Source: a virus (Duplodnaviria > Caudoviricetes). Taken from it: a stretch of DNA of 28,249 bases. Location of the stretch: the IMG/VR virus record IMGVR_UViG_3300023314_000008, positions 1 to 28,249 of that record; one strand, given 5' to 3'. The notes under the pieces are model-generated. The model saw nothing but the letters and a program-made list of their open reading frames with translations, ran no database searches and had not been told where the DNA came from. Made by a program: the position numbers and the translations under genes. Each line of letters begins with the position of its first letter. Positions within the stretch are counted from its first letter, which is position 1. Below are positions 1-9,520 of this stretch, in pieces.

Positions 1-132
1 ACAAATAGTAATACCTCTACCTCCATATCTATGGTATCTTTTGTTTGTTGGATTATAACATCTTGTTTTCATATCACGCAAAACGTAATACATTTTTAAT
101 CTTTTCTTTGCTTTTTCTGTTAATATTCTCAT
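1..132 (-). CDS. Phage HNH-type (homing) endonuclease, N-terminal part; runs off the left edge
   Basis: Hand translation from ATG 132: MRILTEKAKKRLKMYYVLRDMKTRCYNPTNKRYHRYGGRGITIC. MKxRCYNP..Y..YGGRGI.[VI]C is the N-terminal signature of a common phage HNH family. Not in the ORF track. Confidence 0.8.
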   Translation of the reverse strand, partial: MRILTEKAKKRLKMYYVLRDMKTRCYNPTNKRYHRYGGRGITIC

Positions 133-138
133 AAATAC

Positions 139-224
139 AAAAACCTTGCATTTCGAGGTCGTAGTCTCTACTCTGCAAGGTCTTAAAATTTCTTTCTGTT
201 AATTCATGCACCTACGACAATGCA
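139..224 (-). ncRNA. Structured 5' leader of the HNH gene: two hairpins with complementary loops, the second terminator-like
   Basis: Hairpin UGCAU-[UGUCGUAG]-GUGCA (224-207), then ACCUUGCA-GAGUA-GAG-[ACUACGAC]-CUC-GAAA-UGCAAGGU-UUUU (181-139). The loops are complementary over 7 nt. Confidence 0.6.
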
Positions 225-227
225 AGT

Positions 228-235
228 ACAATATA
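228..235 (-). promoter_or_regulatory. Putative Bacteroidota-type -7 element (variant)
   Basis: TATATTGT lies 3 nt before the leader hairpin and deviates from TAnnTTTG. Confidence 0.35.
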
Positions 236-242
236 AGAAAAT

Positions 243-276
243 AAAAAACGGATACCAAAATTAATTGAATACCCGC
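243..276 (-). terminator. Intrinsic terminator-like hairpin
   Basis: GCGGGUAUU / GGUAUCCGU stem followed by U5. Its G-U pairs only form on the minus strand. Confidence 0.45.
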
Positions 277-294
277 TCATTAACGCTCTCAAGA

Positions 295-302
295 CAAACA
301 TA
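295..302 (-). promoter_or_regulatory. Putative -7 promoter element
   Basis: TATGTTTG matches TAnnTTTG. No clear -33 element. Confidence 0.4.
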
Positions 303-338
303 CAAAATAGGTATTTATCTTTTATATATTATTTTCGT

Positions 339-346
339 TACATTTG
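339..346 (+). promoter_or_regulatory. Bacteroidota sigma70 -7 element
   Basis: TACATTTG, 4 nt before ATG 351. Confidence 0.6.
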
Positions 347-350
347 AAAT

Positions 351-947
351 ATGAATATCCTTTACCGCAAAACCTACGCCAACTGTTCAGAACTGCCATT
401 GCTCAACTTCATCAAGTGCTTGACTAAGGATGATTTGAACCAATTGCTTAGCGATAAGGATGGATGGCGATTAAAACCAGATTTGCAGGCGGTTTGGGAT
501 GATATATTCATGGAGTACACCGAACTAAGCCAAGACCAACAGGGTACGCATATTTTTGGACTGATCAAAGAAATACAGGTTTTAAGGAATAAAATTAACC
601 TAATCCAAGAATGTATAAATCTATTGAGCAGGGTTGAAGATGTTACTCCATTTAAGATTACCATAGACACGTTAAAAAAGTTGGCTGGTGTATTTCTACC
701 GTTTACCAATGAAACTATTGCTCAAGACTTGGTAACCACGGCCAACAAAGCGAAGTCGTACGTTATCCAATATGAAACCGTTTTGCAGGAATACCAATCG
801 ATTGCCAAGGTCGAACAGGCAAAGGCAACCGAAATGGATTATATGGAAGAACTCGCAATAATGCGGGAACATTTCCAGTTTGACAGCCGTAAAATATCCA
901 CCATGGAGTATATTGCACTAAAGAAAACCCTTAAACAAAAAGTATAA
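351..947 (+). CDS. Phage protein, probable tail assembly chaperone
   Basis: 198-aa helical protein directly upstream of the tape measure gene, with a TAATG overlap. Function is inferred from position. Confidence 0.5.
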   Translation: MNILYRKTYANCSELPLLNFIKCLTKDDLNQLLSDKDGWRLKPDLQAVWDDIFMEYTELSQDQQGTHIFGLIKEIQVLRNKINLIQECINLLSRVEDVTPFKITIDTLKKLAGVFLPFTNETIAQDLVTTANKAKSYVIQYETVLQEYQSIAKVEQAKATEMDYMEELAIMREHFQFDSRKISTMEYIALKKTLKQKV

Positions 948-3946
948 TGGCAGGAGTTGACGTTAAAGAGATTGTTTCCAAAGTCGGGATCGATAGCGTA
1001 ATCAAAACACGTGAAGAGCTTGAAAAGGCTTATTTGGTTTTGCAGGATAACATCGTAGGTTATAAAGCCTTAAATGATGTAATGGCCAAGTCAAAAGGCA
1101 TGGGAGATTTTGCCAAAAGTGCCGATGCTGCTGCTATTGCCCAAGAAAAATTGAAGCAGTCCCTTTTGCGTACCCAACAGATTGAGGAAAAAATAGAAGC
1201 ACAAAGGGTAAAGGATGCCAATGCTGAAACTGCAAGACAGGCAAAAAAAGATGCTATTGAAGCGCAACAGATTGCTAAAGACAATGCCAAGATTGCCCGT
1301 ATCAAACAGATTGAATCGGTTGAGGTAGCTAGAGCGCAGAAAGAAGCAGAAATATCAGCCCAAGAATTAGCCAACAGCACACAGATTACAGGGGCACAGG
1401 CAAATGAAGCTACCGCAAGAGGCAGAACTAATGTTGTTACCGAACAAACGACAAAGGCAAAAAAGCTATCAAACCTAGAGCAGGAAAAAGCCAATCAGTT
1501 AGCTAAGATTGATCGATTAAACCTAGTTGCCCAAGCCAAAGAGGGAAATGCGGTTAAAGGAAGTTTGGAACAGCGTCAATTGGCTTTAGCTAGGTTGCAA
1601 AAAACTTATTCACTTTTAACGGTAGAAGAAAGAGCAAGTCCATTCGGTCAAAGGTTAAGTAAAACAATTCCTCAGTTAAATGATCAGGTTTTAACACTTG
1701 AAAAGAATTTAGGAAAATCACAAAGAAATGTTGGTAACTACGGAAATGCCTTTACAAGGGCTTTTAGTGGTTTAAGAACGCTTGCAATGATCTTGCCTGG
1801 AATTGGTATTGCTGGTTTGTTTGGTGTCGCTTACGAAGGTATTGCCAAATTAGTAGAAGGTTTAGATCTATTCAGCAAAAAAACAAATCAGGCACAGGCA
1901 ACGCAAGAAAATCTAAATAAATCATTAGAGGGCGGTGCTTATGCCGATGCCGTTAAAAACGTAAACGAACTACGCATAAATATTGACCTAGCTAGAAAAG
2001 GATTTATAGATAAAGAAGTTGTGCTTAAGCAGTATAACGAAACCATAGGACAAACAACCGGCAAAGTTAAATCATTGGATGCAGCCGAAATCGCACTGAA
2101 TAAGAATGCAGATGCCTATATACAATTTACGTTACTAAAGGCTGCTGCTCAATTATCACTAAGTAACGCAGCACAGGAAGCTGTAAAAGCAGCGCAACAG
2201 GCGCAGGAAGATGAACAGCGTTTAATTAGGCAACAAACCGACTTTGTAATAAAAGGAGATAAAGAGGGCGAAGCTGTAAGAAAGATTTTAACCAAAGATT
2301 TAAAGCGTGAAAATGAGCAGAGAATTAAAGATGGTCAACAGTCGCAAGAAAAGCAGTTGGCTATTGCCCGTAAATTCCAACAACAGGCTGCTGATATAGC
2401 TAAAAAGTATGGGTTTAATGGGTTGGTGGATGTTAAGGAAGAAAAAAAGAAAAAAGGTGTTGATCCCGCAATTCAGGCGCGTAAAGATGCTGCTGCTCTG
2501 ATACAAATTCAGATTGATGCCAATAAGGATATCCAAAAGGTTTACGAGGATCAGTTTAAAAATGAGAATTTCAGCCAACAAACAAGGCTAGATGCACTTA
2601 GAAACTTTACCAATGTATCAAATGAGATTGCAAGACTAGAGCAACAAAAGGAAATTAAGGGCAAAAAATTAACTGCTGATGAGAAACTAAAGGTAGATGC
2701 CGATTACAATAATAAAAAAGATACGGCCAACAAAAAATCAAGCGAAGAAACTATAAAAATACTTCTTTTCGAAGCTAGTGAATCTGAGCGAATCCGTTTA
2801 ATTCAGGGTCAACAGACTTTAAATGTTATCGAAAAACAGCGTAATGAAGAGATAACAGCTTTAATCAATAACTATCAGAAAAAAGGCGATTACTCTGAAA
2901 AGGCACAGGAAGCATTAGATTTAGCCAGACTTGAAATTACCCGTAAATACAATCTTAAAGAATTAGATGAGCAGATTAAACAGGCTCAAAAGCTTATTGA
3001 GGTAAGAAAGGCGCAAGGTGCAGATGTTACTAAAGAGCAAGCTGATTTGTCAGCACTGATTTTAAAGGCAAAAGATACTGAACTACAGGGCATCGATGCG
3101 AGCAATAAAAAACGTTTAGAAGCCGAAAAACAGAATGCAGAAGCCATTAAAGAGGTTGCTTTGGGAGTATTCGATTTTACACGTGGATTAACGTCACAGA
3201 TTTTCGATACAAATATTGCCAACCTCGAAAAAGAAAAGGAAGCTAGGCAATCTGCAACTGACTTACAGCTAGAGAATGTTGCGGAAAGCATGTTGTCCGA
3301 AAAAGAAAAAGCGGATCAGACCGCTATTATTCAGGCACAGGGCGAACAGGCTCAATTGGCTATTGATGCCCGTATCCGTGAACAGAAACGCAAACAAGCG
3401 GTTGCGGATAAAGTATTCGCATTGGGCCAGATTGCAATTAATACTGCCGTTGCTATCAGTAAGGCATTGGCTCAAACAGGAGTATTGGGGGCTTTTGTAA
3501 TCCCAGGAATCATTGCTTTGGGTGCAATTCAGGCAGCTACCGTTTTAGCTCAGCCAATACCAAAGTTTGCGAAGGGCGGAACTATGGCTAAAGATGGTTT
3601 GGCTGAATATGGCCATGGTCAGGAATTGCGTATTGATCCCGACGGCAGAACATCGTTAACCAAAGATACTCCAGAGATTGGATTTGTTAGGAAGGGAACT
3701 AAATTCGTATCTGCTCCAGAAACTAAACGTTTATTGGCCAAACCAGATAGACACGATGTTGCTGGTAATAGTTGGGATGTAAGCGGATTGATTGCGGAGA
3801 GCAAACGTAGTAGTAGCGAGATTAAAAAAGCAGTTGGAAAGATTAAAGTAGCATCCACTCAGATTACCGAAAAAGGATTTAGCCACCAATCGGCAAGAAT
3901 GGGCAAGATTAATAACTATATTAGCAGAAACTTTAGCAGGAACTAA
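947..3946 (+). CDS. Tail tape measure protein
   Basis: 999 aa, rich in Ala/Lys/Gln/Glu coiled coil. Contains QRNVGNY, hydrophobic Gly/Ala segments and a C-terminal PIPKFAKGG motif typical of Bacteroidota siphovirus TMPs. Confidence 0.85.
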   Translation: MAGVDVKEIVSKVGIDSVIKTREELEKAYLVLQDNIVGYKALNDVMAKSKGMGDFAKSADAAAIAQEKLKQSLLRTQQIEEKIEAQRVKDANAETARQAKKDAIEAQQIAKDNAKIARIKQIESVEVARAQKEAEISAQELANSTQITGAQANEATARGRTNVVTEQTTKAKKLSNLEQEKANQLAKIDRLNLVAQAKEGNAVKGSLEQRQLALARLQKTYSLLTVEERASPFGQRLSKTIPQLNDQVLTLEKNLGKSQRNVGNYGNAFTRAFSGLRTLAMILPGIGIAGLFGVAYEGIAKLVEGLDLFSKKTNQAQATQENLNKSLEGGAYADAVKNVNELRINIDLARKGFIDKEVVLKQYNETIGQTTGKVKSLDAAEIALNKNADAYIQFTLLKAAAQLSLSNAAQEAVKAAQQAQEDEQRLIRQQTDFVIKGDKEGEAVRKILTKDLKRENEQRIKDGQQSQEKQLAIARKFQQQAADIAKKYGFNGLVDVKEEKKKKGVDPAIQARKDAAALIQIQIDANKDIQKVYEDQFKNENFSQQTRLDALRNFTNVSNEIARLEQQKEIKGKKLTADEKLKVDADYNNKKDTANKKSSEETIKILLFEASESERIRLIQGQQTLNVIEKQRNEEITALINNYQKKGDYSEKAQEALDLARLEITRKYNLKELDEQIKQAQKLIEVRKAQGADVTKEQADLSALILKAKDTELQGIDASNKKRLEAEKQNAEAIKEVALGVFDFTRGLTSQIFDTNIANLEKEKEARQSATDLQLENVAESMLSEKEKADQTAIIQAQGEQAQLAIDARIREQKRKQAVADKVFALGQIAINTAVAISKALAQTGVLGAFVIPGIIALGAIQAATVLAQPIPKFAKGGTMAKDGLAEYGHGQELRIDPDGRTSLTKDTPEIGFVRKGTKFVSAPETKRLLAKPDRHDVAGNSWDVSGLIAESKRSSSEIKKAVGKIKVASTQITEKGFSHQSARMGKINNYISRNFSRN

Positions 3947-5964
3947 TGAATTTAATGGGCAATAAGTTTCGGTATTACCTAACACTCGACAATGTACGGA
4001 CAGAACTTGTATTTGCTCCAGTTGGATGGGATAAGGAAACAATCGGTAAGTTTCAAAGGGATATGTCCTATTTCGGGATTATCCGTTCGCTTAGTTTGCC
4101 GTTACAGTTCGTTAAGGATGGAGCGCAGATACTAAAGATTGCATTTGATAAATATGGCATCGAAGCAGGCGTAAGGTTAGAGGTTGAACAGCGTAAATCA
4201 TTATGGGACTACGAAACCATATTCAGATCAGACCTTGACTTTAGTAAATATAATCCGGTTGGCAAAGCAGTAAACATCATGCTTTTGGAAACTGGCATAG
4301 GCAAAGATATAAAGGCTAAAGAGGGTATTGTATATGAATTTGATCTTGTCGGTTCCGATGTAGTTAATATCGTATTGCCAGGAGTCCAGTTTAAAGAGGA
4401 AAGTATTTGGATAACGAAATATGTAGATAGGACTGATTTTAACGTAGCAAAAAGATTTACTATTGGTATGGACTTGACTACAAACGGTTTTGGTTCAGGG
4501 TTCTTAACGGCAGTAAATACAAACCAAAGGAATGCTGCTGATAGCGATAATTTCGGTGGAGATTATTTTGCCAGATGCGAAAGGGCTGGAGGTCAAACTA
4601 TTCGTATTCGTGGTAACATGAAAGGATTTATTGCCCCTAACACTTCTTTTGCTCCAAGCCGTATATGTGAGCTTTTGATATGCTCAACTTTGGGTGTAGG
4701 CTATAATCCGATTAAACAGGTTTTTGTAGGTACAAGCCAAACTACAACCCCATTGGTTTTTGATGTTGCTTTTGATTTTACATATACATTGCAACAAGGG
4801 GAAGGACTGTATATCTATTCAAGAGCAGATCAATCGCCCAGTATTCCATATCTAAGTGTATCGGAGGGAGAAATATATATAAGCTATTCGAGTGTTAGTG
4901 ATCCGTCCAACTGTAAAGGGTTGCGTTCTTTTGATTTAATGAAACGTGTACTTTCAAGGGTCAGCCCGTCAACTGTATTTGATAGCGTATTTTTAAAGAC
5001 TGTTAGAAAAGATCTGATATTCACTTCAGGTTCTGCAATACGTGAGATAACCGACGCAAAGATTAAGATTTCACTTAAAGATCTTTACCAATGTTTCTAC
5101 TCTATCAACGATGTTGGTTTTGGTACAGACACTGGAAAGTTTAAGCTAGAAGAAACATATTCATTTTTTCGTAATATCCAGATTATGGATGTAGGAAGCG
5201 TTAAGAATTTTTCACAGGATAATGCTGAAGAACTTTTGGGTAATTCATTGAAGATTGGATATGATGACGGCAATACTGATGCTGATGATGGCCGTGAAGA
5301 ATACAATAGCGGACATGTCTGGGGTTTACCAATTACAGCTTTACAGAAAGAAATAAATATGGTTAGTCCGGTTCGTGCCGATCAATACGGCATCGAGCAG
5401 CTAAGGGTTCAATTCAATATCAGTAAAACAGCTACTTCAGATAATAAAAGTGATAACGATACGTTTATGATCGATTGCAACCCGATTAATGGAGATGGTA
5501 ATTTTACGCCAATATTGGGAATTCAGTTATCAGGCGTTACGGGGTTAACTTTTCCGTTGTCTGCATACAACCTTTTACTTTCTCCTAAGCATAATCTATT
5601 AAACCATTCAGGCTTTTTCCGTTCGATATTGGACAGGTTAAATCCCCGCTTCATTGAATTTGGAAGCGCAGAAAAGAACGCAAATATAGTAGTTGTCAAT
5701 AATGGTCAGGTTGTAGATGAGGATAAACCGATACGTGTTTCTGATTTAACTGGTAAATATTTTCAACCTTACATTTTCAATATTACCTGCAAACTACCAC
5801 GAAACGCAATGCAGTTGATAGATAGCAATCCATTCGGTTACGTAACATTTGAATACAATGGAACGATTGCAAGCGGTTATATTTTGGAATTACCAGTTGA
5901 TTTGGCGGGAAATACAGAACAGACTTTGAAATTGTTGGCAACTGATTTTAGTTTATTGCCGTAA
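3946..5964 (+). CDS. Tail/baseplate structural protein
   Basis: 672-aa beta-rich protein coupled to the TMP (TAATG), with an N-terminal P-x-GW motif seen in post-TMP tail proteins. Confidence 0.65.
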   Translation: MNLMGNKFRYYLTLDNVRTELVFAPVGWDKETIGKFQRDMSYFGIIRSLSLPLQFVKDGAQILKIAFDKYGIEAGVRLEVEQRKSLWDYETIFRSDLDFSKYNPVGKAVNIMLLETGIGKDIKAKEGIVYEFDLVGSDVVNIVLPGVQFKEESIWITKYVDRTDFNVAKRFTIGMDLTTNGFGSGFLTAVNTNQRNAADSDNFGGDYFARCERAGGQTIRIRGNMKGFIAPNTSFAPSRICELLICSTLGVGYNPIKQVFVGTSQTTTPLVFDVAFDFTYTLQQGEGLYIYSRADQSPSIPYLSVSEGEIYISYSSVSDPSNCKGLRSFDLMKRVLSRVSPSTVFDSVFLKTVRKDLIFTSGSAIREITDAKIKISLKDLYQCFYSINDVGFGTDTGKFKLEETYSFFRNIQIMDVGSVKNFSQDNAEELLGNSLKIGYDDGNTDADDGREEYNSGHVWGLPITALQKEINMVSPVRADQYGIEQLRVQFNISKTATSDNKSDNDTFMIDCNPINGDGNFTPILGIQLSGVTGLTFPLSAYNLLLSPKHNLLNHSGFFRSILDRLNPRFIEFGSAEKNANIVVVNNGQVVDEDKPIRVSDLTGKYFQPYIFNITCKLPRNAMQLIDSNPFGYVTFEYNGTIASGYILELPVDLAGNTEQTLKLLATDFSLLP

Positions 5965-6054
5965 AAAAATTTAAATAATAGTCCGCGTCTTGTCGTGTTT
6001 AAATGCTTGTGAAGCAGGAAACGATACAACCTAATTCTTAGGTTTCTTTTACTA

Positions 6055-6228
6055 TTAATTATTTTCTAAATTGTATATTTCGTTTGCTCTTTTAATATAT
6101 TCATATTCTGATAAACCTAATTGCCAAAAAGCAACCTTAAAACCATTATCTAATATAACTTCAACAATACCAGATAAATCTTCATCTTCACTTGTGGGGT
6201 CGTTCATTAAAACTATTCCTTCAATCAT
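6055..6228 (-). CDS. Hypothetical acidic protein (57 aa)
   Basis: Hand translation MIEGIVLMNDPTSEDEDLSGIVEVILDNGFKVAFWQLG...ENN. The start overlaps the upstream minus ORF's stop. Confidence 0.5.
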   Translation of the reverse strand: MIEGIVLMNDPTSEDEDLSGIVEVILDNGFKVAFWQLGLSEYEYIKRANEIYNLENN

Positions 6229-6415
6229 ATTTTTTAATTATTGATATTAATTCTTCCAAATTATTAATTATAACTTTTTCACCATTTTGAAAATTAAGTA
6301 TATTATGTGGAAAGATAATAGATAAACCACTTTTATGTTTACCACACCATCCTTCGCCCGGATACCAATACCCAACGAAGCCAATTTTTTTTAATGAAAC
6401 CTCTGTAATTTCCAT
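6221..6415 (-). CDS. Hypothetical protein (64 aa)
   Basis: Track ORF 6221..6421. ATG 6415 is preferred because it lies 3 nt after the TAGGTTTG promoter element. Confidence 0.6.
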   Translation of the reverse strand: MEITEVSLKKIGFVGYWYPGEGWCGKHKSGLSIIFPHNILNFQNGEKVIINNLEELISIIKKYD

Positions 6416-6418
6416 ATT

Positions 6419-6469
6419 CAAACCTACAAAAAATCTATTTGCTAGTTTGTAACTTCTTTGCTACCTTTA
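6419..6469. promoter_or_regulatory. Divergent, overlapping promoters
   Basis: Minus strand: TAGGTTTG (6426-6419). Plus strand: TTTG (6438-41)-N20-TACCTTTA (6462-69), 5 nt before ATG 6475. Confidence 0.5.
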
Positions 6470-6474
6470 GCGAT

Positions 6475-8115
6475 ATGATAATGACACCCGCATTGCTATT
6501 GCCGTTATGCTTTGTTGATACAGCAAATATTAACAATGGATTTGACGGTAATTTTGCAGGGGCGCAGTTAGAGGATTGGCAGACTAAACAATGCTACTTC
6601 CAAAAATGGCAACTGTCAGACACACTTAAGCTTCAATTAATTGCAGAAGCACCGGTAAATGATCTGGTTATCTACAATCTAGATCAGTCAATTGCCGATA
6701 CCGTTCCATGGGTTTTAAGTGCAATTACGCTTCCAGACTATCCAACATATGGAATTTACGAGATATCATATCCTTTCACTACATTAGGTGTTGGTAGGTT
6801 CGTAATCCAACAGGATCAATTTGAAGCAGAAGCAATTGATGTAGCCGATGAATGGCCTAATACGGTTTTATTTACCTACAAAAATTCTACAAATGATTAT
6901 TCAGTTGTTTTCGATACAGGATTTGAATTTAATTACCGTGTTGAGGGATGGATTGGCGATTATAAGCCAAAGAACGATAGGGATGTTTACAATGATCAGA
7001 TACGAAACCTAACCCAACTTAATTCTATTGCATACCGTCAATTCTCTTTGAAGATTGGCTACAAATGGGGAGTTCCAAATAAGTTTCTTGATAAGGTAAA
7101 CATAATTACCCAATGTGATCAGATTTCAATCGATGGAGTGCCTTATCAACCGATACAGGATTCTGAATTTGAAGTAGAAAACAATACCGATAATAATTTT
7201 ATTGGTGGCTCGATAGATATAGAACCCGTTACAAATAATTTTCTTAGATTTGTAACAGCAGGGAATTTACCCAATCAGACTTATACACCTAATCAAGTGG
7301 TTACACCTTATTTAAATTCGGGAGCAGATTTTAATGTAACAGGTTTGTTTACCTTTAATTCTTTGCTCGAAGCGATTGCGATTTATCGAATATCAAACAA
7401 CCCAATTACGCTTAATTTTGGAACAACGCCAAACGGTAGCGAAATTGGAACTATTGTACTTAACCAAACGGCCAACTCATTACAGTTGAATTGGCTGTTT
7501 CTTACATCTACAACTGTTTATATTTCGGGTATTCAATCAGGAGATAATGTTTCTATCTGGTTAATCTGGAAACAGCTTGACGCTTTGCCGATTCCAATTA
7601 GTGGTGGTGGAGGTGCATCAACAGAATTAGGTGCTGGAGCTATCATAAATTGGCTTGAACCAAGTCCAGGCGATTTCCTACTGAACTGGGATATGTCAAC
7701 TGGTTTAGGTAAGGCTAATACAAAATGGACTAAGTGGTGTATTCTTGGTACTAATGGAACTATCGACGCTGATAATGCTTATTTCCAACAGATTAAAACA
7801 GCAGATATCATTTCAAACTACGCTACTTTAGGGACTATCATTGGCGCAAACCAAAAGCTGATACCTAGATCGGCGTTACCTGCTGAAGCCTTGTTTACGA
7901 TGAGTGCTGATGTTAACGCAAGTCCGGGCGATACAGTTGCCTCAAACACAAGGGTTGCAAGGGCAGGAACAGGCGGGGGAGATTTAGCTTATGAGGCAAG
8001 AAAAGGCGCAAGTGCAGCAACATTAGGGAAAACAGATAACATGGGAGACGGTGGTCTTTTCGATGTTACACCTAAATCAGTTGTTTCACTTTACATATTT
8101 AAATTGGTTGACTAA
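6475..8115 (+). CDS. Tail protein with a C-terminal tail-fibre/collar-like domain
   Basis: Beta-rich protein with a poly-Gly linker, then G.IINW...F...GLG...W..W.I.GTNGT.D, resembling Bacteroidota phage fibre/collar domains. Start moved from TTG 6439 to ATG 6475. Confidence 0.6.
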   Translation: MIMTPALLLPLCFVDTANINNGFDGNFAGAQLEDWQTKQCYFQKWQLSDTLKLQLIAEAPVNDLVIYNLDQSIADTVPWVLSAITLPDYPTYGIYEISYPFTTLGVGRFVIQQDQFEAEAIDVADEWPNTVLFTYKNSTNDYSVVFDTGFEFNYRVEGWIGDYKPKNDRDVYNDQIRNLTQLNSIAYRQFSLKIGYKWGVPNKFLDKVNIITQCDQISIDGVPYQPIQDSEFEVENNTDNNFIGGSIDIEPVTNNFLRFVTAGNLPNQTYTPNQVVTPYLNSGADFNVTGLFTFNSLLEAIAIYRISNNPITLNFGTTPNGSEIGTIVLNQTANSLQLNWLFLTSTTVYISGIQSGDNVSIWLIWKQLDALPIPISGGGGASTELGAGAIINWLEPSPGDFLLNWDMSTGLGKANTKWTKWCILGTNGTIDADNAYFQQIKTADIISNYATLGTIIGANQKLIPRSALPAEALFTMSADVNASPGDTVASNTRVARAGTGGGDLAYEARKGASAATLGKTDNMGDGGLFDVTPKSVVSLYIFKLVD

Positions 8116-9113
8116 TGGCAATACGTGAAGCGATATATGATCTGATACGTATTACCGTACTAAGGGCAATCGGAGGCGGTTTTATAAGTGTAGAAGATGA
8201 AATAAGGTATAATAGCGCAAGAAGTTTTACAGATCCACAAAGTATTCCGGATCTTGCAACTGTTTCTGCTTTGATAGGCGCAGGAGGTACGCCAGTTACG
8301 CCAATACCATTTACTGATGCTGACCTGATAGGTGACGGTTTCGGAGGTATGTACTACCCATATCCGTTAAGTGCTGGAGAAGTTGTTTGGATTGCCCGTA
8401 TCGATTATACTTCGTCAAGCGAGCAGATAACCGTAGGATATGATTTTATGGGAAGCGCAATAACCGGCTTTACAAACCCAAACCACCCTAGTCCGCCACC
8501 AACAATGGCAATTACCGCGTATAAAGTTGGCTTGGCCGTATCGCCTCCGCCATCACCACCGGCACCAGTATTTACGTTACAACCAACAACAACACTTACA
8601 ATAGTTGAGGGCAATACATTAACTCTTTCCACTTCAGCAAGTAATACAACAGGTTACCAATGGTATAAAGATGGAATTTCTATTTCTGGAGAGACAACTT
8701 CTACATTAACTATTACCAATTTCGGATCAACAGATGCCGGAACATACAAGGTTACCGCGATTGGTGCAGGTGGTTCAACAGACAGTACAAACTCGGTAGT
8801 GAGCTATGATGTTGGGGTAATTATACAGAACTTAACTGGACTAAAAACAGATTATACATCAGCTTCAAATGCAGTAGTTTCATTGGATGTTGATTTTGGT
8901 AGCGGATCTAATATTTTAATCTATGGGCAGTCTTTAAGAATGCCTAGCAGTACATTACTAGTAAACATTGTACAGTCTGGTCCAAATTCAATTCCTATGC
9001 TTGATGGTGTTGGCGCTGCTTACGCAGATCTTTTCCCTTCTCCAAACGATAACCCATATCCAAGACCGATAGGAGGGTATGTTTCACCTTTAAGAATATT
9101 CAACAACGCATAA
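8115..9113 (+). CDS. Virion structural protein with an Ig-like (I-set) domain
   Basis: PVFTLQP...VEGNTLTL...YQWYKDG..ISG.T.STLTI......DAGTY.V, after a Pro-rich linker. Confidence 0.8.
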   Translation: MAIREAIYDLIRITVLRAIGGGFISVEDEIRYNSARSFTDPQSIPDLATVSALIGAGGTPVTPIPFTDADLIGDGFGGMYYPYPLSAGEVVWIARIDYTSSSEQITVGYDFMGSAITGFTNPNHPSPPPTMAITAYKVGLAVSPPPSPPAPVFTLQPTTTLTIVEGNTLTLSTSASNTTGYQWYKDGISISGETTSTLTITNFGSTDAGTYKVTAIGAGGSTDSTNSVVSYDVGVIIQNLTGLKTDYTSASNAVVSLDVDFGSGSNILIYGQSLRMPSSTLLVNIVQSGPNSIPMLDGVGAAYADLFPSPNDNPYPRPIGGYVSPLRIFNNA

Positions 9114-9116
9114 AAA

Positions 9117-9497
9117 ATGGCATACGATATAAAGGCAAGATTAGTAGAATTTTTTAGGATATCACCTATAAGTGGTTTCATTCGTGTTGGAGGTAAGTTT
9201 AGGTATGATTCTTCGCCTACTTTTGACGATCCGCTTGATATACCAAATAAGCAATATATAGATAATGTAAGTTCTCCAAGTTCAATAACCAAGACAAATT
9301 CAGACGTTTTGGGGACTTCTCCATCATTCTATATAACTGTTCCTGAATTGGATATAACAAGGGTTTGGTCTGCAAACTATACCATAAGTGGAGGAGATCC
9401 AGTATGGATATCACCATCGATGTTGCAGTCGGGCAAACTGTATGGATTTCCAGATCCAACAACAAACACGTATACAATAAAAATTAATTATATTTAG
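9117..9497 (+). CDS. Small tail-associated protein, paralogous to the N-terminus of 8115..9113
   Basis: Shares GFI.V....RY.S...F.DP..IP with the preceding protein. Confidence 0.6.
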   Translation: MAYDIKARLVEFFRISPISGFIRVGGKFRYDSSPTFDDPLDIPNKQYIDNVSSPSSITKTNSDVLGTSPSFYITVPELDITRVWSANYTISGGDPVWISPSMLQSGKLYGFPDPTTNTYTIKINYI

Positions 9498-9520
9498 GAA
9501 CACTTTTACTTTAAGAAAAA

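Noticed and set aside
915-950. Programmed -1 frameshift in the tail chaperone
   Set aside because: The gene abuts the TMP directly, leaving no downstream extension frame, and I found no convincing slippery site at its end.
374-5306. Antisense and alternate-frame ORFs within tail genes (374-709, 1060-1494, 2300-2581, 2986-3291, 3269-3475, 3276-3500, 3619-3858, 3731-4042, 5097-5306)
   Set aside because: Shadow ORFs of long, well-supported plus-strand genes, with no motifs.
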